64,000 nucleotides of DNA from positions 25,792,001 through 25,856,000 of the forward strand of contig OZ024740.1 of assembly GCA_964016885.1 (NCBI GenBank), read 5' to 3'. How positions within the stretch are numbered: position 1 is the stretch's first letter; each line of letters opens with the position of its first letter. The notes under the pieces are model-generated. The model saw nothing but the letters and a program-made list of their open reading frames with translations. It was not told the DNA's origin and made no database searches. A program made the position numbers and the translations under genes. The DNA is from Eledone cirrhosa (lineage: Eukaryota). Below, in pieces: positions 8,352 to 21,479 of the stretch.

Positions 8352-11300
8352 TATTGTAGTTGTAGTTATTTCTATTGTAGTTGTAGATACTCCTATTGTA
8401 GTTGTAGATACTTCTATTGTAGATGTAGATACTTCTATTGTAGTTGTAGTTACTTCTATTGTAGTTGTAGTTACTTCTATTGTAGTTGTAGTTACTTCTA
8501 TTGTAGTTGTAGTTATTTCTATTGTAGTTGTAGTTATTTCTATTGTAGTTGTAATTACTTCTATTGTAGTTGTAGTTACTTCTATTGTAGTTGTAGTTAC
8601 TTCTATTGTAGTTGTAGTTACTTCTATTGTAGTTGTAGTTATTTCTATTGTAGTTGTAGTTACTTCTATTGTAGTTGTAGTTACTTCTATTGTATTTGTA
8701 GTTACTTCTATTGTAGTTGTAGTTACTTCTATTGTAGTTGTAGTTATTTCTATTGTAGTTGTAGTTACTTCTATTGTAGTTGTAGTTACTTCTATTGTAG
8801 TTGTAGTTACTTCTATTGTAGTTGTAGTTACTTCTATTGTAGTTGTAGTTATTTCTATTGTAGATGTAGTTACTTCTATTGTAGTTGTAGTTATTTCTAT
8901 TGTAGTTGTAGTTACTTCTCTTGTAGTTGTAGTTACTTCTATCGTAGTTGTAGTTACTTCTATTGTAGTTGTAGTTACTTCTATTGTAGTTGTAGTTAAT
9001 TCTATTGTAGTTGTAGTTACTTCTATTGTAGTTGTAGTTACTTTTATTGTAGTTGTAGTTACTTCTATTGTAGTTGTAGTTACTTCTAGTGTAGTTGTAA
9101 TTAACTCTATTGTAGTTGTAGTTACTTCTATTGTAGTTGTAGATACTTCTATTGTAGTTGTAGATACTTGTATTGTAGTTGTAGTTACTTCTATTGTAGT
9201 TGTAGTTACTTCTATTGTAGTTGTAGTTACTTCTATTGTAGTTGTAGATACTCCTATTGTAGTTGTAGTTACTTCTATTGTAGTTGTAGTTACTTCTATT
9301 GTAGTTGTAGTTACTTCTATTGTAGTTGTATTTACTTCTATTGTAGTTGTAGATACTTCTATTGTAGTTATAGTTACTTCTATTGTAGTTGTAGTTATTT
9401 CTATTGTAGTTGTAGTTACTTCTATTGTAGTTGTATTTACTTCTATTGTAGTTGTAGATACTTCTATTGTAGTTGTAGTTACTTCTATTGTAGTTGTAGT
9501 TACTTCTATTGTAGTTGTAGTTATTTCTATTGTAGTTGTAGATACTCCTATTGTAGTTGTAGATACTTCTATTGTAGATGTAGATCCTTCTATTGTAGTT
9601 GTAGAAGCTTCTATTGTAGATGTTGTTACTCCTATTGTAGTTGTAGTTACTTCTATTGTAGTGGTAGTTACTTCTATTGTAGTTGTAGTTACTTCTTTGT
9701 AGTTGTAGTTACTTCTATTGTAGTTGTAGATACTCCTATTGTAGTTGTAGTTACTTCTATTGTAGTCGTAGATACTTCTATTGTAGTTGTAGTTATTTCT
9801 ATTGTAGTTGTAGTTACTTCTCTTGTAGTTGTCGTTACTTCTATTGTTGTTGTAGTTACTTCTATTGTAGTTGTAGTTACTTCTATTGTAGTTGTAGTTA
9901 CTTCTATTGTAGTTGTAGTTATTTCTATTGTAGGTGCAGTTACTTCTATTGTAGTTGTAGTTACTTCTATTGTAGGTGTAGTTACTTCTATTGTAGTTGT
10001 AGTTACTTCTATTGTAGTTGTAGTTATTTCTATTGTAGTTGTAGTTACTTCTATTGTAGTTGTAGTTACTTCTATTGTAGTTGTAGTTACTTCTATTGTA
10101 GTTGTAGTTACTTCTATTGTAGTTGTAGTTACTTCTACTGTAGTTGTAGTTACTTCTATTGTAGTTGTAGTTATTTCTATTGTAGTTGTAGTTACTTCTA
10201 TTGTAGTTGTAGTTACTTCTATTGTATTTGTAGTTACTTCTATTGTAGTTGTAGTTACTTCTATTGTAGTTGTAGTTATTTATATTGTAGTTGTAGTTAC
10301 TTCTATTGTAGTTGTAGTTACTTCTATTGTAGTTGTAGTTACTTCTATTGTAGTTGTAGTTACTTCTATTGTAGTTGTAGTTATTTCTATTGTAGTTGTA
10401 GTTATTTCTATTGTAGTTGTAATTACTTCTATTGTAGTTGTAGTTGTTTCTATTGTAGTTGTAGTTACTTCTATTGTAGTTGTAGTTACTTCTATTGTAG
10501 TTGTAGTTATTTCTATTGTAGTTGTAGTTACTTCTATTGTAGTTGTAGTTACTTCTATTGTATTTGTAGTTACTTCTATTGTAGTTGTAGTTACTTCTAT
10601 TGTAGTTGTAGTTATTTCTATTGTAGTTGTAGATACTTCTATTGTAGTTGTAGTTACGTCTATTGTAGTTGTAGTTACTTCTATTGTAGTTGTAGTTACT
10701 TCTATTGTAGTTGTAGTTACTTCTATTGTAGTTGTAGTTATTTCTATTGTAGATGTAGTTACTTCTATTGTAGTTGTAGTTATTTCTATTGTAGTTGTAG
10801 TTACTTCTCTTGTAGTTGTAGTTACTTCTATTGTAGTTGTAGTTACTTCTATTGTAGTTGTAGTTACTTCTATTGTAGTTGTAGTTACTTCTATTGTAGT
10901 TGTAGTTATTTCTATTGTAGTTGTAGTTACTTCTATTGTAGTTGTAGTTACTTCTATTGCAGTTGTAGTTACTTCTATTGTAGTTGTAGTTATTTCTATT
11001 GTAGTTGTAGTTACTTCTATTGTAGTTGTAGTTACTTCTATTGCAGTTGTAGTTACTTCTATTGTAGTTGTAGTTACTTCTCTTGTAGTTGTAGTTATTT
11101 CTATTGTACTTGTAGTTATTTCTATTGTAGTTGTAGTTATTTATATTGTAGTTGTAGTTACTTCTCTTGTAGTTGTAGTTACTTCTATTGTAGTTGTAGT
11201 TATTTCTATTGTAGTTGTAGTTACTTCTATTGTAGTTGTAGTTACTTCTATTGTAGATGTAGTTACTTCTATTGTAGTTGTAGTTACTTCTATTGTAGTT

Positions 11301-14300
11301 GTAGTTACTTCTATTGTAGTTGTAGTTACTTCTATTGTAGTTGTAGTTACTTCTATTGTAGTTGTAGTTATTTCTATTGTAGTTGTAGTTACTTCTATTG
11401 TAGTTGTAGTGACTTCTATTGCAGTTGTAGTTACTTCTATTGTAGTTGTAGATACTCCTATTGTAGTTGTAGTTACTTCTATTGTAGTTGTAGTTATTTC
11501 TATTGTAGTTGTAGTTACTTCTATTGTAGTTGTAGTTACTTCTATTGTAGTTGTAGTTACTTCTCTTGTAGTTGTAGTTATTTCTATTGTAGTTGTAGTT
11601 ATTTCTATTGTAGTTGTAATTACTTCTATTGTAGTTGTAGTTGTTTCTATTGTAGTTGTAGTTACTTCTATTGTAGTTGTAGTTACTTCTATTGTAGTTG
11701 TAGTTACTTCTCTTGTAGTTGTAGTTACTTCTATTGTACTTGTAGTTATTTCTATTGTAGTTGTAGATACTCCTATTGTAGTTGTAGATACTTCTATTGT
11801 AGATGTAGATACTTCTATTGTAGTTGTAGAAGCTTCTATTGTAGATGTTGTTACTCCTATTGTAGTTGTAGTTACTTCTATTGTAGTGGTAGTTACTTCT
11901 ATTGTAGTTGTAGATACTCCTATTGTAGTTGTAGTTACTTCTATTGTAGTTGTAGATACTTCTATTGTAGTTGTAGTTATTTCTATTGTAGTTGTAGTTA
12001 CTTCTCTTGTAGTTGTCGTTACTTCTATTGTTGTTGTAGTTACTTCTATTGTAGTTGTAGTTACTTCTATTGTAGTTGTAGTTACTTCTATTGTAGTTGT
12101 AGTTATTTCTATTGTAGGTGCAGTTACTTCTATTGTAGTTGTAGTTACTTCTATTGTAGGTGTAGTTACTTCTATTGTAGTTGTAGTTACTTCTATTGTA
12201 GTTGTAGTTATTTCTATTGTAGTTGTAGTTACTTCTATTGTAGTTGTAGTTACTTCTATTGTAGTTGTAGTTACTTCTATTGTAGTTGTAGTTACTTCTA
12301 TTGTAGTTGTAGTTACTTCTATTGTAGTTGTAGTTACTTCTATTGTAGTTGTAGTTATTTCTATTGTAGTTGTAGTTACTTCTATTGTAGTTGTAGTTAC
12401 TTCTATTGTATTTGTAGTTACTTCTATTGTAGTTGTAGTTACTTCTATTGTAGTTGTAGTTATTTCTATTGTAGTTGTAGTTACTTCTATTGTAGTTGTA
12501 GTTACTTCTATTGTAGTTGTAGTTACTTCTATTGTAGTTGTAGTTACTTCTATTGTAGTTGTAGTTATTTCTATTGTAGTTGTAGTTATTTCTATTGTAG
12601 TTGTAATTACTTCTATTGTAGTTGTAGTTGTTTCTATTGTAGTTGTAGTTACTTCTATTGTAGTTGTAGTTACTTCTATTGTAGTTGTAGTTATTTCTAT
12701 TGTAGTTGTAGTTACTTCTATTGTAGTTGTAGTTACTTCTATTGTATTTGTAGTTACTTCTATTGTAGTTGTAGTTACTTCTATTGTAGTTGTAGTTATT
12801 TCTATTGTAGTTGTAGTTACTTCTATTGTAGTTGTAATTACTTCTATTGTAGTTGTAGTTACTTCTATTGTAGTTGTAGTTACTTCTATTGTAGTTGTAG
12901 TTACTTCTATTGTAGTTGTAGTTATTTCTATTGTAGATGTAGTTACTTCTATTGTAGTTGTAGTTATTTCTATTGTAGTTGTAGTTACTTCTCTTGTAGT
13001 TGTAGTTACTTCTATTGTAGTTGTAGTTACTTCTATTGTAGTTGTAGTTACTTCTATTGTAGTTGTAGTTACCTCTATTGTAGTTGTAGTTATTTCTATT
13101 GTAGTTGTAGTTACTTCTATTGTAGTTGTAGTTACTTCTATTGTAGTTGTAGTTACTTCTATTGTAGTTGTAGTTACTTCTATTGTAGTTGTAGTTATTT
13201 CTATTGTAGTTGTAGTTACTTCTATTGTAGTTGTAGTTACTTTTATTGCAGTTGTAGTTACTTCTATTGTAGTTGTAGTTACTTCTCTTGTAGTTGTAGT
13301 TATTTCTATCGTACTTGTAGTTATTTCTATTGTAGTTGTAGTTATTTCTATTGTAGTTGTAGTTACTTCTATTGTAGTTGTAGATACTTCTATTGTAGTT
13401 GTAGTTACTTCTATTGTAGTTGTAGTTACTTCTATTGTAGTTGTAGTTACTTCTATTGTAGTTGTAGTTACTTCTATTGTAGTTGTAGTTACTTCTATTG
13501 TAGTTGTAGTTATTTCTATTGTAGTTGTAGTTACTTCTATTGTAGTTGTAGTTACTTCTATTGTATTTGTAGTTACTTCTATTGTAGTTGTAGTTACTTC
13601 TATTGTAGTTGTAGTTATTTCTATTGTAGTTGTAGTTACTTCTATTGTAGTTGTAGTTACTTCTATTGTAGTTGTAGTTACTTCTATTGTAGTTGTAGTT
13701 ACTTCTATTGTAGTTGTAGTTATTTCTATTGTAGTTGTAGTTATTTCTATTGTAGTTGTAATTACTTCTATTGTAGTTGTAGTTGTTTCTATTGTAGTTG
13801 TAGTTACTTCTATTGTAGTTGTAGTTACTTCTATTGTAGTTGTAGTTATTTCTATTGTAGTTGTAGTTACTTCTATTGTAGTTGTAGTTACTTCTATTGT
13901 ATTTGTAGTTACTTCTATTGTAGTTGTAGTTACTTCTATTGTAGTTGTAGTTATTTATATTGTAGTTGTAGTTACTTCTATTGTAGTTGTAGTTACTTCT
14001 ATTGTAGTTGTAGTTACTTCTATTGTATTTGTAGTTACTTCTATTGTAGTTGTAGTTACTTCTATTGTAGTTGTAGTTATTTCTATTGTAGTTGTAGTTA
14101 CTTCTATTGTAGTTGTAGTTACTTCTATTGTAGTTGTAGTTACTTCTATTGTAGTTGTAGTTACTTCTATTGTAGTTGTAGTTACTTCTATTGTAGTTGT
14201 AGTTATTTCTATTGTAGATGTAGTTACTTCTATTGTAGTTGTAGTTATTTCTATTGTAGTTGTAGTTACTTCTCTTTTAGTTGTAGTTACTTCTATTGTA

Positions 14301-17300
14301 GTTGTAGTTACTTCTATTGTAGTTGTAGTTACTTCTATTGTAGTTGTAGTTACTTCTATTGTAGTTGTAGTTATTTCTATTATAGTTGTAGTTACTTCTA
14401 TTGTAGTTGTAGTTACTTCTATTGTAGTTGTAGTTACTTCTATTGTAGTTGTAGTTACTTCTATTGTAGTTGTAGTTATTTCTATTGTAGTTGTAGTTAC
14501 TTCTATTGTAGTTGTAGTTACTTCTATTGCAGTTGTAGTTACTTCTATTGTAGTTGTAGTTACTTCTATTGTAGTTGTAGTTACTTCTATTGTAGTTGTA
14601 GTTATTTCTATTGTAGTTGTAGTTACTTCTATTGTAGTTGTAGTGACTTCTATTGCAGTTGTAGTTACTTCTATTGTAGTTGTAGATACTCCTATTGTAG
14701 TTGTAGTTACTTCTATTGTAGTTGTAGTTATTTCTATTGTAGTAGTAGTTACTTGTATTGTAGTTGTAATTAAGTCTATTGTAGTTGTAGTTACTTCTAT
14801 TGTAGTTGTAGTTACTTCTCTTGTAGTTGTAGTTACTTCTATTGTACTTGTAGTTATTTCTATTGTAGTTGTAGATACTCCTATTGTAGTTGTAGATACT
14901 TCTATTGTAGATGTAGATACTTCTATTGTAGTTGTAGAAGCTTCTATTGTAGATGTTGTTACTCCTATTGTAGTTGTAGTTACTTCTATTGTAGTGGTAG
15001 TTACTTCTATTGTAGTTGTAGATCCTCCTATTGTAGTTGTAGTTACTTCTATTGTAGTTGTAGATACTTATATTGTAGTTGTAGTTATTTCTATTGTAGT
15101 TGTAGTTACTTCTCTTGTAGTTGTCGTTACTTCTATTGTTGTTGTAGTTACTTCTATTGTAGTTGTAGTTACTTCTATTGTAGTTGTAGTTACTTCTATT
15201 GTAGTTGTAGTTATTTCTATTGTAGGTGCAGTTACTTCTATTGTAGTTGTAGTTACTTCTATTGTAGGTGTAGTTACTTCTATTGTAGTTGTAGTTACTT
15301 CTATTGTAGTTGTAGTTATTTCTATTGTAGTTGTAGTTACTTCTATTGTAGTTGTAGTTACTTCTATTGTAGTTGTAGTTACTTCTATTGTAGTTGTAGT
15401 TACTTCTATTGTAGTTGTAGTTACTTCTATTGTAGTTGTAGTTACTTCTATTGTAGTTGTAGTTACTTCTATTGTAGTTGTAGTGACTTCTATTGCAGTT
15501 GTAGTTACTTCTATTGTAGTTGTAGATACTCCTATTGTAGTTGTAGTTACTTCTATTGTAGTTGTAGTTATTTCTATTGTAGTAGTAGTTACTTGTATTG
15601 TAGTTGTAATTAAGTCTATTGTAGTTGTAGTTACTTCTATTGTAGGTGTAGTTACTTCTCTTGTAGTTGTAGTTACTTCTATTGTACTTGTAGTTATTTC
15701 TATTGTAGTAGTAGTTATTTCTATTGTAGTTGAAGTTATTTCTATTGTAGTTGTAGATACTTCTCTTGTAGTTGTAGATACTTCTATTGTAGTTGTAGTT
15801 ATTTCTATTGTAGTTGTAGTTACTTCTATTGTAGTTGTAGTTACTTCTATTGTAGTTGTAGTTATTTCTATAGTAGTTGTAGTTACTTCTATTGTAGTTG
15901 TAGTTACTTCTATTGTAGTTGTAGTTACTTCTATTGTAGTTGTAGTTACTTCTATTGTAGTTGTAGTTACTTCTATTGTAGTTGTAGATACTCCTATTGT
16001 AGTTGTAGTTACTTCTCTTGTAGTTGTAGTTACTTCTCTTGTAGTTGTAGTTACTTCTCTTGTAGATGTAGTTACTTCTATTGTAGTTGTAGTTACTTCT
16101 CTTGTAGTGGTAGTTACTTCTCTTGTAGTTGTAGTTACTTCTATTGTAGTTGTAGTTATTTCTATTGTAGTTGTAGTTACTTCTCTTGTAGTTGTAGTTA
16201 CTTCTCTTGTAGTTGTAGTTACTTCTATTGTAGTTGTAGTTATTTCTATTGTAGTTGTAGTTATTTCTATTGTAGTTGTAGTTACTTCTCTTGTAGTTGT
16301 AGTTACTTCTATTGTAGTTGTAGTTATTTCTATTGTAGTTGTAGTTACTTCTCTTGTAGTTGTAGTTACTTCTATTGTAGTTGTAGTTATTTCTATTGTA
16401 GTTGTAGTTAAGTTACTTCTATTGTAGTTGTAGTTACTTCTATTGTAGTTGTAGTTATTTCTATTGTAGTTGTAGTTACTTCTATTGTAGTTGTAGATAC
16501 TTCTATTGTAGTTGTAGTTATTTCTATTGTAGATGTAGATACTTCTATTGTAGTTGCAGTTATTTCTATTGTAGTTGTAGTTACTTCTATTGTAGTTGTA
16601 ATTACTTCTATTGTAGTTGTAGATACTTCTATTGTAGTTGTAGTTACTTCTATTGTAGTTGTAGTTACTTCTATTGTAGTTGTAGTTACTTATATTGTAG
16701 TTGTAGTTAATTCTATTGTAGCTGTATTTAGTTCTATTGTAGTTGTAGTTACTTCTATTGTAGTTGTAGTTACTTCTATTGTAGTTGTAGTTACTTCTAT
16801 TGTATTTGTAGTTACTTCTATTGTAGTTGTAGTTACTTCTATTGTAGTTGTAGTTATTTCTATTGTAGTTGTAGTTACTTCTATTGTAGTTGTAGTTACT
16901 TCTATTGTAGTTGTAGTTACTTCTATTGTAGTTGTAGTTACTTCTATTGTAGTTGTAGTTACTTCTATTGTAGTTGTAGTTATTTCTATTGTAGATGTAG
17001 TTACTTCTATTGTAGTTGTAGTTATTTCTATTGTAGTTGTAGTTACTTCTCTTGTAGTTGTAGTTACTTCTATTGTAGTTGTAGTTACTTCTATTGTAGT
17101 TGTAGTTACTTCTATTGTAGTTGTAGTTACTTCTATTGTAGTTGTAGTTATTTCTATTGTAGTTGTAGTTACTTCTATTGTAGTTGTAGTTACTTCTATT
17201 GTAGTTGTAGTTACTTCTATTGTAGTTGTAGTTACTTCTATTGTAGTTGTAGTTATTTCTATTGTAGTTGTAGTTACTTCTATTGTAGTTGTAGTTACTT

Positions 17301-20300
17301 CTATTGCAGTTGTAGTTACTTCTATTGTAGTTGTAGTTACTTCTCTTGTAGTTGTAGTTATTTCTATTGTACTTGTAGTTATTTCTATTGTAGTTGTAGT
17401 TATTTCTATTGTAGTTGTAGTTACTTCTCTTGTAGTTGTAGTTACTTCTATTGTAGTTGTAGTTATTTCTATTGTAGTTGTAGTTACTTCTATTGTAGTT
17501 GTAGTTACTTCTATTGTAGTTGTAGTTACTTCTATTGTAGTTGTAGTTACTTCTATTGTAGTTGTAGTTACTTCTATTGTAGTTGTAGTTACTTCTATTG
17601 TAGTTGTAGTTACTTCTATTGTAGTTGTAGTTATTTCTATTGTAGTTGTAGTTACTTCTATTGTAGTTGTAGTGACTTCTATTGCAGTTGTAGTTACTTC
17701 TATTGTAGTTGTAGATACTCCTATTGTAGTTGTAGTTACTTCTATTGTAGTTGTAGTTATTTCTATTGTAGTAGTAGTTACTTGTATTGTAGTTGTAATT
17801 AAGTCTATTGTAGTTGTAGTTACTTCTATTGTAGTTGTAGTTACTTCTCTTGTAGTTGTAGTTACTTCTATTGTACTTGTAGTTATTTCTATTGTAGTTG
17901 TAGTTATTTCTATTGTAGTTGAAGTTATTTCTATTGTAGTTGTAGATACTTCTCTTGTAGTTGTAGATACTTCTATTGTAGTTGTAGTTATTTCTATTGT
18001 AGTTGTAGTTACTTCTATTGTAGTTGTAGTTATTTCTATAGTAGTTGTAGTTACTTCTATTGTAGTTGTAGTTACTTCTATTGTAGTTGTAGTTACTTCT
18101 ATTGTAGTTGTAGTTACTTCTATTGTAGTTGTAGTTACTTCTATTGTAGTTGTAGATACTCCTATTGTAGTTGTAGTTACTTCTCTTGTAGTTGTAGTTA
18201 CTTCTCTTGTAGTTGTAGTTACTTCTCTTGTAGTTGTAGTTACTTCTATTGTAGTTGTAGTTACTTCTCTTGTAGTTGTAGTTACTTCTCTTGTAGTTGT
18301 AGTTACTTCTATTGTAGTTGTAGTTATTTCTATTGTAGTTGTAGTTACTTCTCTTGTAGTTGTAGTTACTTCTCTTGTAGTTGTAGTTACTTATATTGTA
18401 GTTGTAGTTATTTCTATTGTAGATGTAGTTATTTCTATTGTAGTTGTAGTTACTTCTCTTGTAGTTGTAGTTACTTCTATTGTAGTTGTAGTTATTTCTA
18501 TTGTAGTTGTAGTTACTTCTATTGTAGTTGTAGTTACTTCTATTGTAGTTGTAGTTACTTCTATTGTAGTTGTAGATACTCCTATTGTAGTTGTAGTTAT
18601 TCTATTGTAGTTGTAGATGCTTCTATTGTAGTTGTAGTTATTCTATTGTAGTTGTAGTTATTCTATTGTAGTTGTAGATTCTTCTATTGTAGTTGTAGTT
18701 ACTTCTATTGTAGTTGTAGTTACTTCTATTGTAGATGTAGTTACTTCTATTGTAGTTGTAGTTACTTCTATTATAACTGTAGTTACTTATATTGTAGTTG
18801 TAGATGTAGTTACTTCTATTATAATTGTAGTTACTTCTATCGTAGTTGTAGTTACTTCTATTGTAGATGTAGTTACTTCTATTGTATTTGTAGCTGTAGT
18901 TACTTCTATTGTATTTGTAGATGTAGTTACTTCTATTGTATTTGTAGTTCTAGTTACTTCTATTTTTAGTTGTAGTTACTTCTATTGTAGTTGTAGTTAC
19001 TTCTATTGTAGTTGTAGTTACTTCTATTGTAGTTGTACTTATTTCTATTGTAGTTGTAATTACTTCTGTTGTAGTTGTAGTTACTTCTATTGTAGTTGTA
19101 GATATTTCTATTGTAGGTGTAGTTACTTCTGTTGTAGTTGTAGTTACTTCTATTGTAGTTGTAGATATTTCTATTGTAGTTGTAGTTACTTCTATTGTAG
19201 TTGTAGTTACTTCTATTGTAGTTGTAGTAACTTCTATTGTATTTGTAGCTGTAGTTACTTCTATTATAATTGTAGATACTTCTATTGTTGTTGTAGGTAC
19301 TTCTATGGTAGCTGTAGATACCTCTATTGTAGTTGTAGATACTTCTATTGTAGTTGTAGTTACTGCTATTGTAGTTGTAGTTACTGCTATTGTAGTTGTA
19401 GATACTTCTATTGTAGTTGTAGATACTTCTATTGTAGTTGTAGTTACTTCTATTCTAGTTGTAGTTACTTCTATTGTAGTTGTAGTTACTTCTATTGTAG
19501 TTGTAGATACTCCTATTGTAGTTGTAGTTATTTCTATTGTAGTTGTAGTTACTTCTCTTGTAGTTATAGTTACTTCTATTGTAGTTGTACTTATTTCTAT
19601 TGTAGTTGTAGTTACTTCTCTTGTAGTTGTAGTTACTTCTATTGTAGTTGTAGTTACTTCTATTGTAGTTGTAGTTATTTCTATCGTAGTTGTAGTTACT
19701 TCTATTGTAGTTGTAGATACTTCTATTGTAGTTGTAGTTATTTCTATTGTAGTTGTAGTTAATTCTCTTGTAGTTGTCGTTACTTCTATTGTAGGTGTAG
19801 TTACTTCTATTGTAGTTGTAGTTACTTCTATTGTAGTTGTAGTTACTTCTATTGTAGTTGTAGTTACTTCTATTGTAGCTGTATTTAGTTCTATTGTAGT
19901 TGTAGTTACTTCTATTGTAGTTGTAGTTACTTCTATTGTAGTTGTAATTACTTCTATTGTAGTTGTAGATACTTCTATTGTAGATGTAGATACTTCTATT
20001 GTAGTTGTAGTTCTTCTATTGTAGTTGCAGTTACTCCTATTGTAGTTGTAGTTACTTCTATTGTAGTTGTAGATACTCCTATTGTAGTTGTAGTTACTTC
20101 TCTTGTAGTTGTAGTTACTTCTATTGTAGTTGTAGTTACTTCTATTGTAGTTGTAGTTACTTCTATTGTAGTTGTAGTTACTTCTATTGTAGTTGTAGTT
20201 ACTTCTATTGTAGATGTTGTTACTCCTATTGTAGTTGTAGTTACTTCCATTGTAGTTGTAGTTACTTCTCTTGTAGTTGTAGTTACTTCTATTGTAGTTG

Positions 20301-21479
20301 TAGTTACTTCTATTGTAGTTGTAGTTACTTCTATTGTAGTTGTAGTTATTTCTATTGTAGTTGTAGATACTCCTATTGCAGTTGTAGTTACTTCTATTGT
20401 AGTTGTAGTTACTTCTATTGTAGTTGTAGTTACTTCTATTGTAGTTGTAGTTACTTCTATTGTAGTTGTAGTTATTTCTATTGTAGTTGTAGTTACTTCT
20501 ATTGTAGTTGTAGTTACTTCTATTGTAGTTGTAGTTATTTCTATTGTAGTTGTAGTTACTTCTATTGTAGGTGTAGTTACTTCTATTGTAGTTGTAGTTA
20601 TTTCTATTGTAGTTGTAGTTACTTCTCTTGTAGTTGTAGTTACTTCTATTGTAGTTGTAGTTACTTCTATTGTAGTTGTAGTTACTTCTATTGTAGTTGT
20701 AGTTACTTCTATTGTAGTTGTAGTTACTTCTATTGTAGTTGTAGTTACTTCTATTGTAGTTGTAGTTATTTCTATTGTAGTTGTAGTTACTTCTATTGTA
20801 GTTGTAGTTACTTCTATTGTAGTTGTAGTTATTTCTATTGTAGTTGTAGTTACTTCTATTGTAGGTGTAGTTACTTCTACTGTAGTTGTAGTTATTTCTA
20901 TTGTAGTTGTAGTTACTTCTATTGTAGTTGTAGTTACTTCTATTGTAGTTGTAGTTACTTCTATTGTAGTTGTAGTTATTTCTATTGTAGTTGTAGTTAC
21001 TTCTATTGTAGTTGTAGTTACTTCTATTGTAGTTGTAGTTATTTCTATTGTAGTTGTAGTTACTTCTATTGTAGGTGTAGTTACTTCTATTGTAGTTGTA
21101 GTTATTTCTATTGTAGTTGTAGTTACTTCTCTTGTAGTTGTAGTTACTTCTATTGTAGTTGTAGTTACTTCTATTGTAGTTGTAGATACTTCTATTGTAG
21201 ATGTAGATACTTCTATTATAGTTGTAGTTACTTCTATTGTAGTTGTAGTTAGTTCTATTGTAGTTGTAGTTACTTCTATTGTAGTTGTAGTTACTTCTAT
21301 TGTAGTTGTAGTTACTTCTATTGTAGTTGTAGTTACTTATATTGTAGTTGTAGTTATTTCTATTGTCGTTGTAGTTACTTCTATTGTAGTTGTAGTTACT
21401 TCTATTGTAGTTGTAGTTACTTCTATTGTAGTTGTAGTTACTTCTATTGTAGTTGTAGTTACTTCTATTGTAGTTGTAG

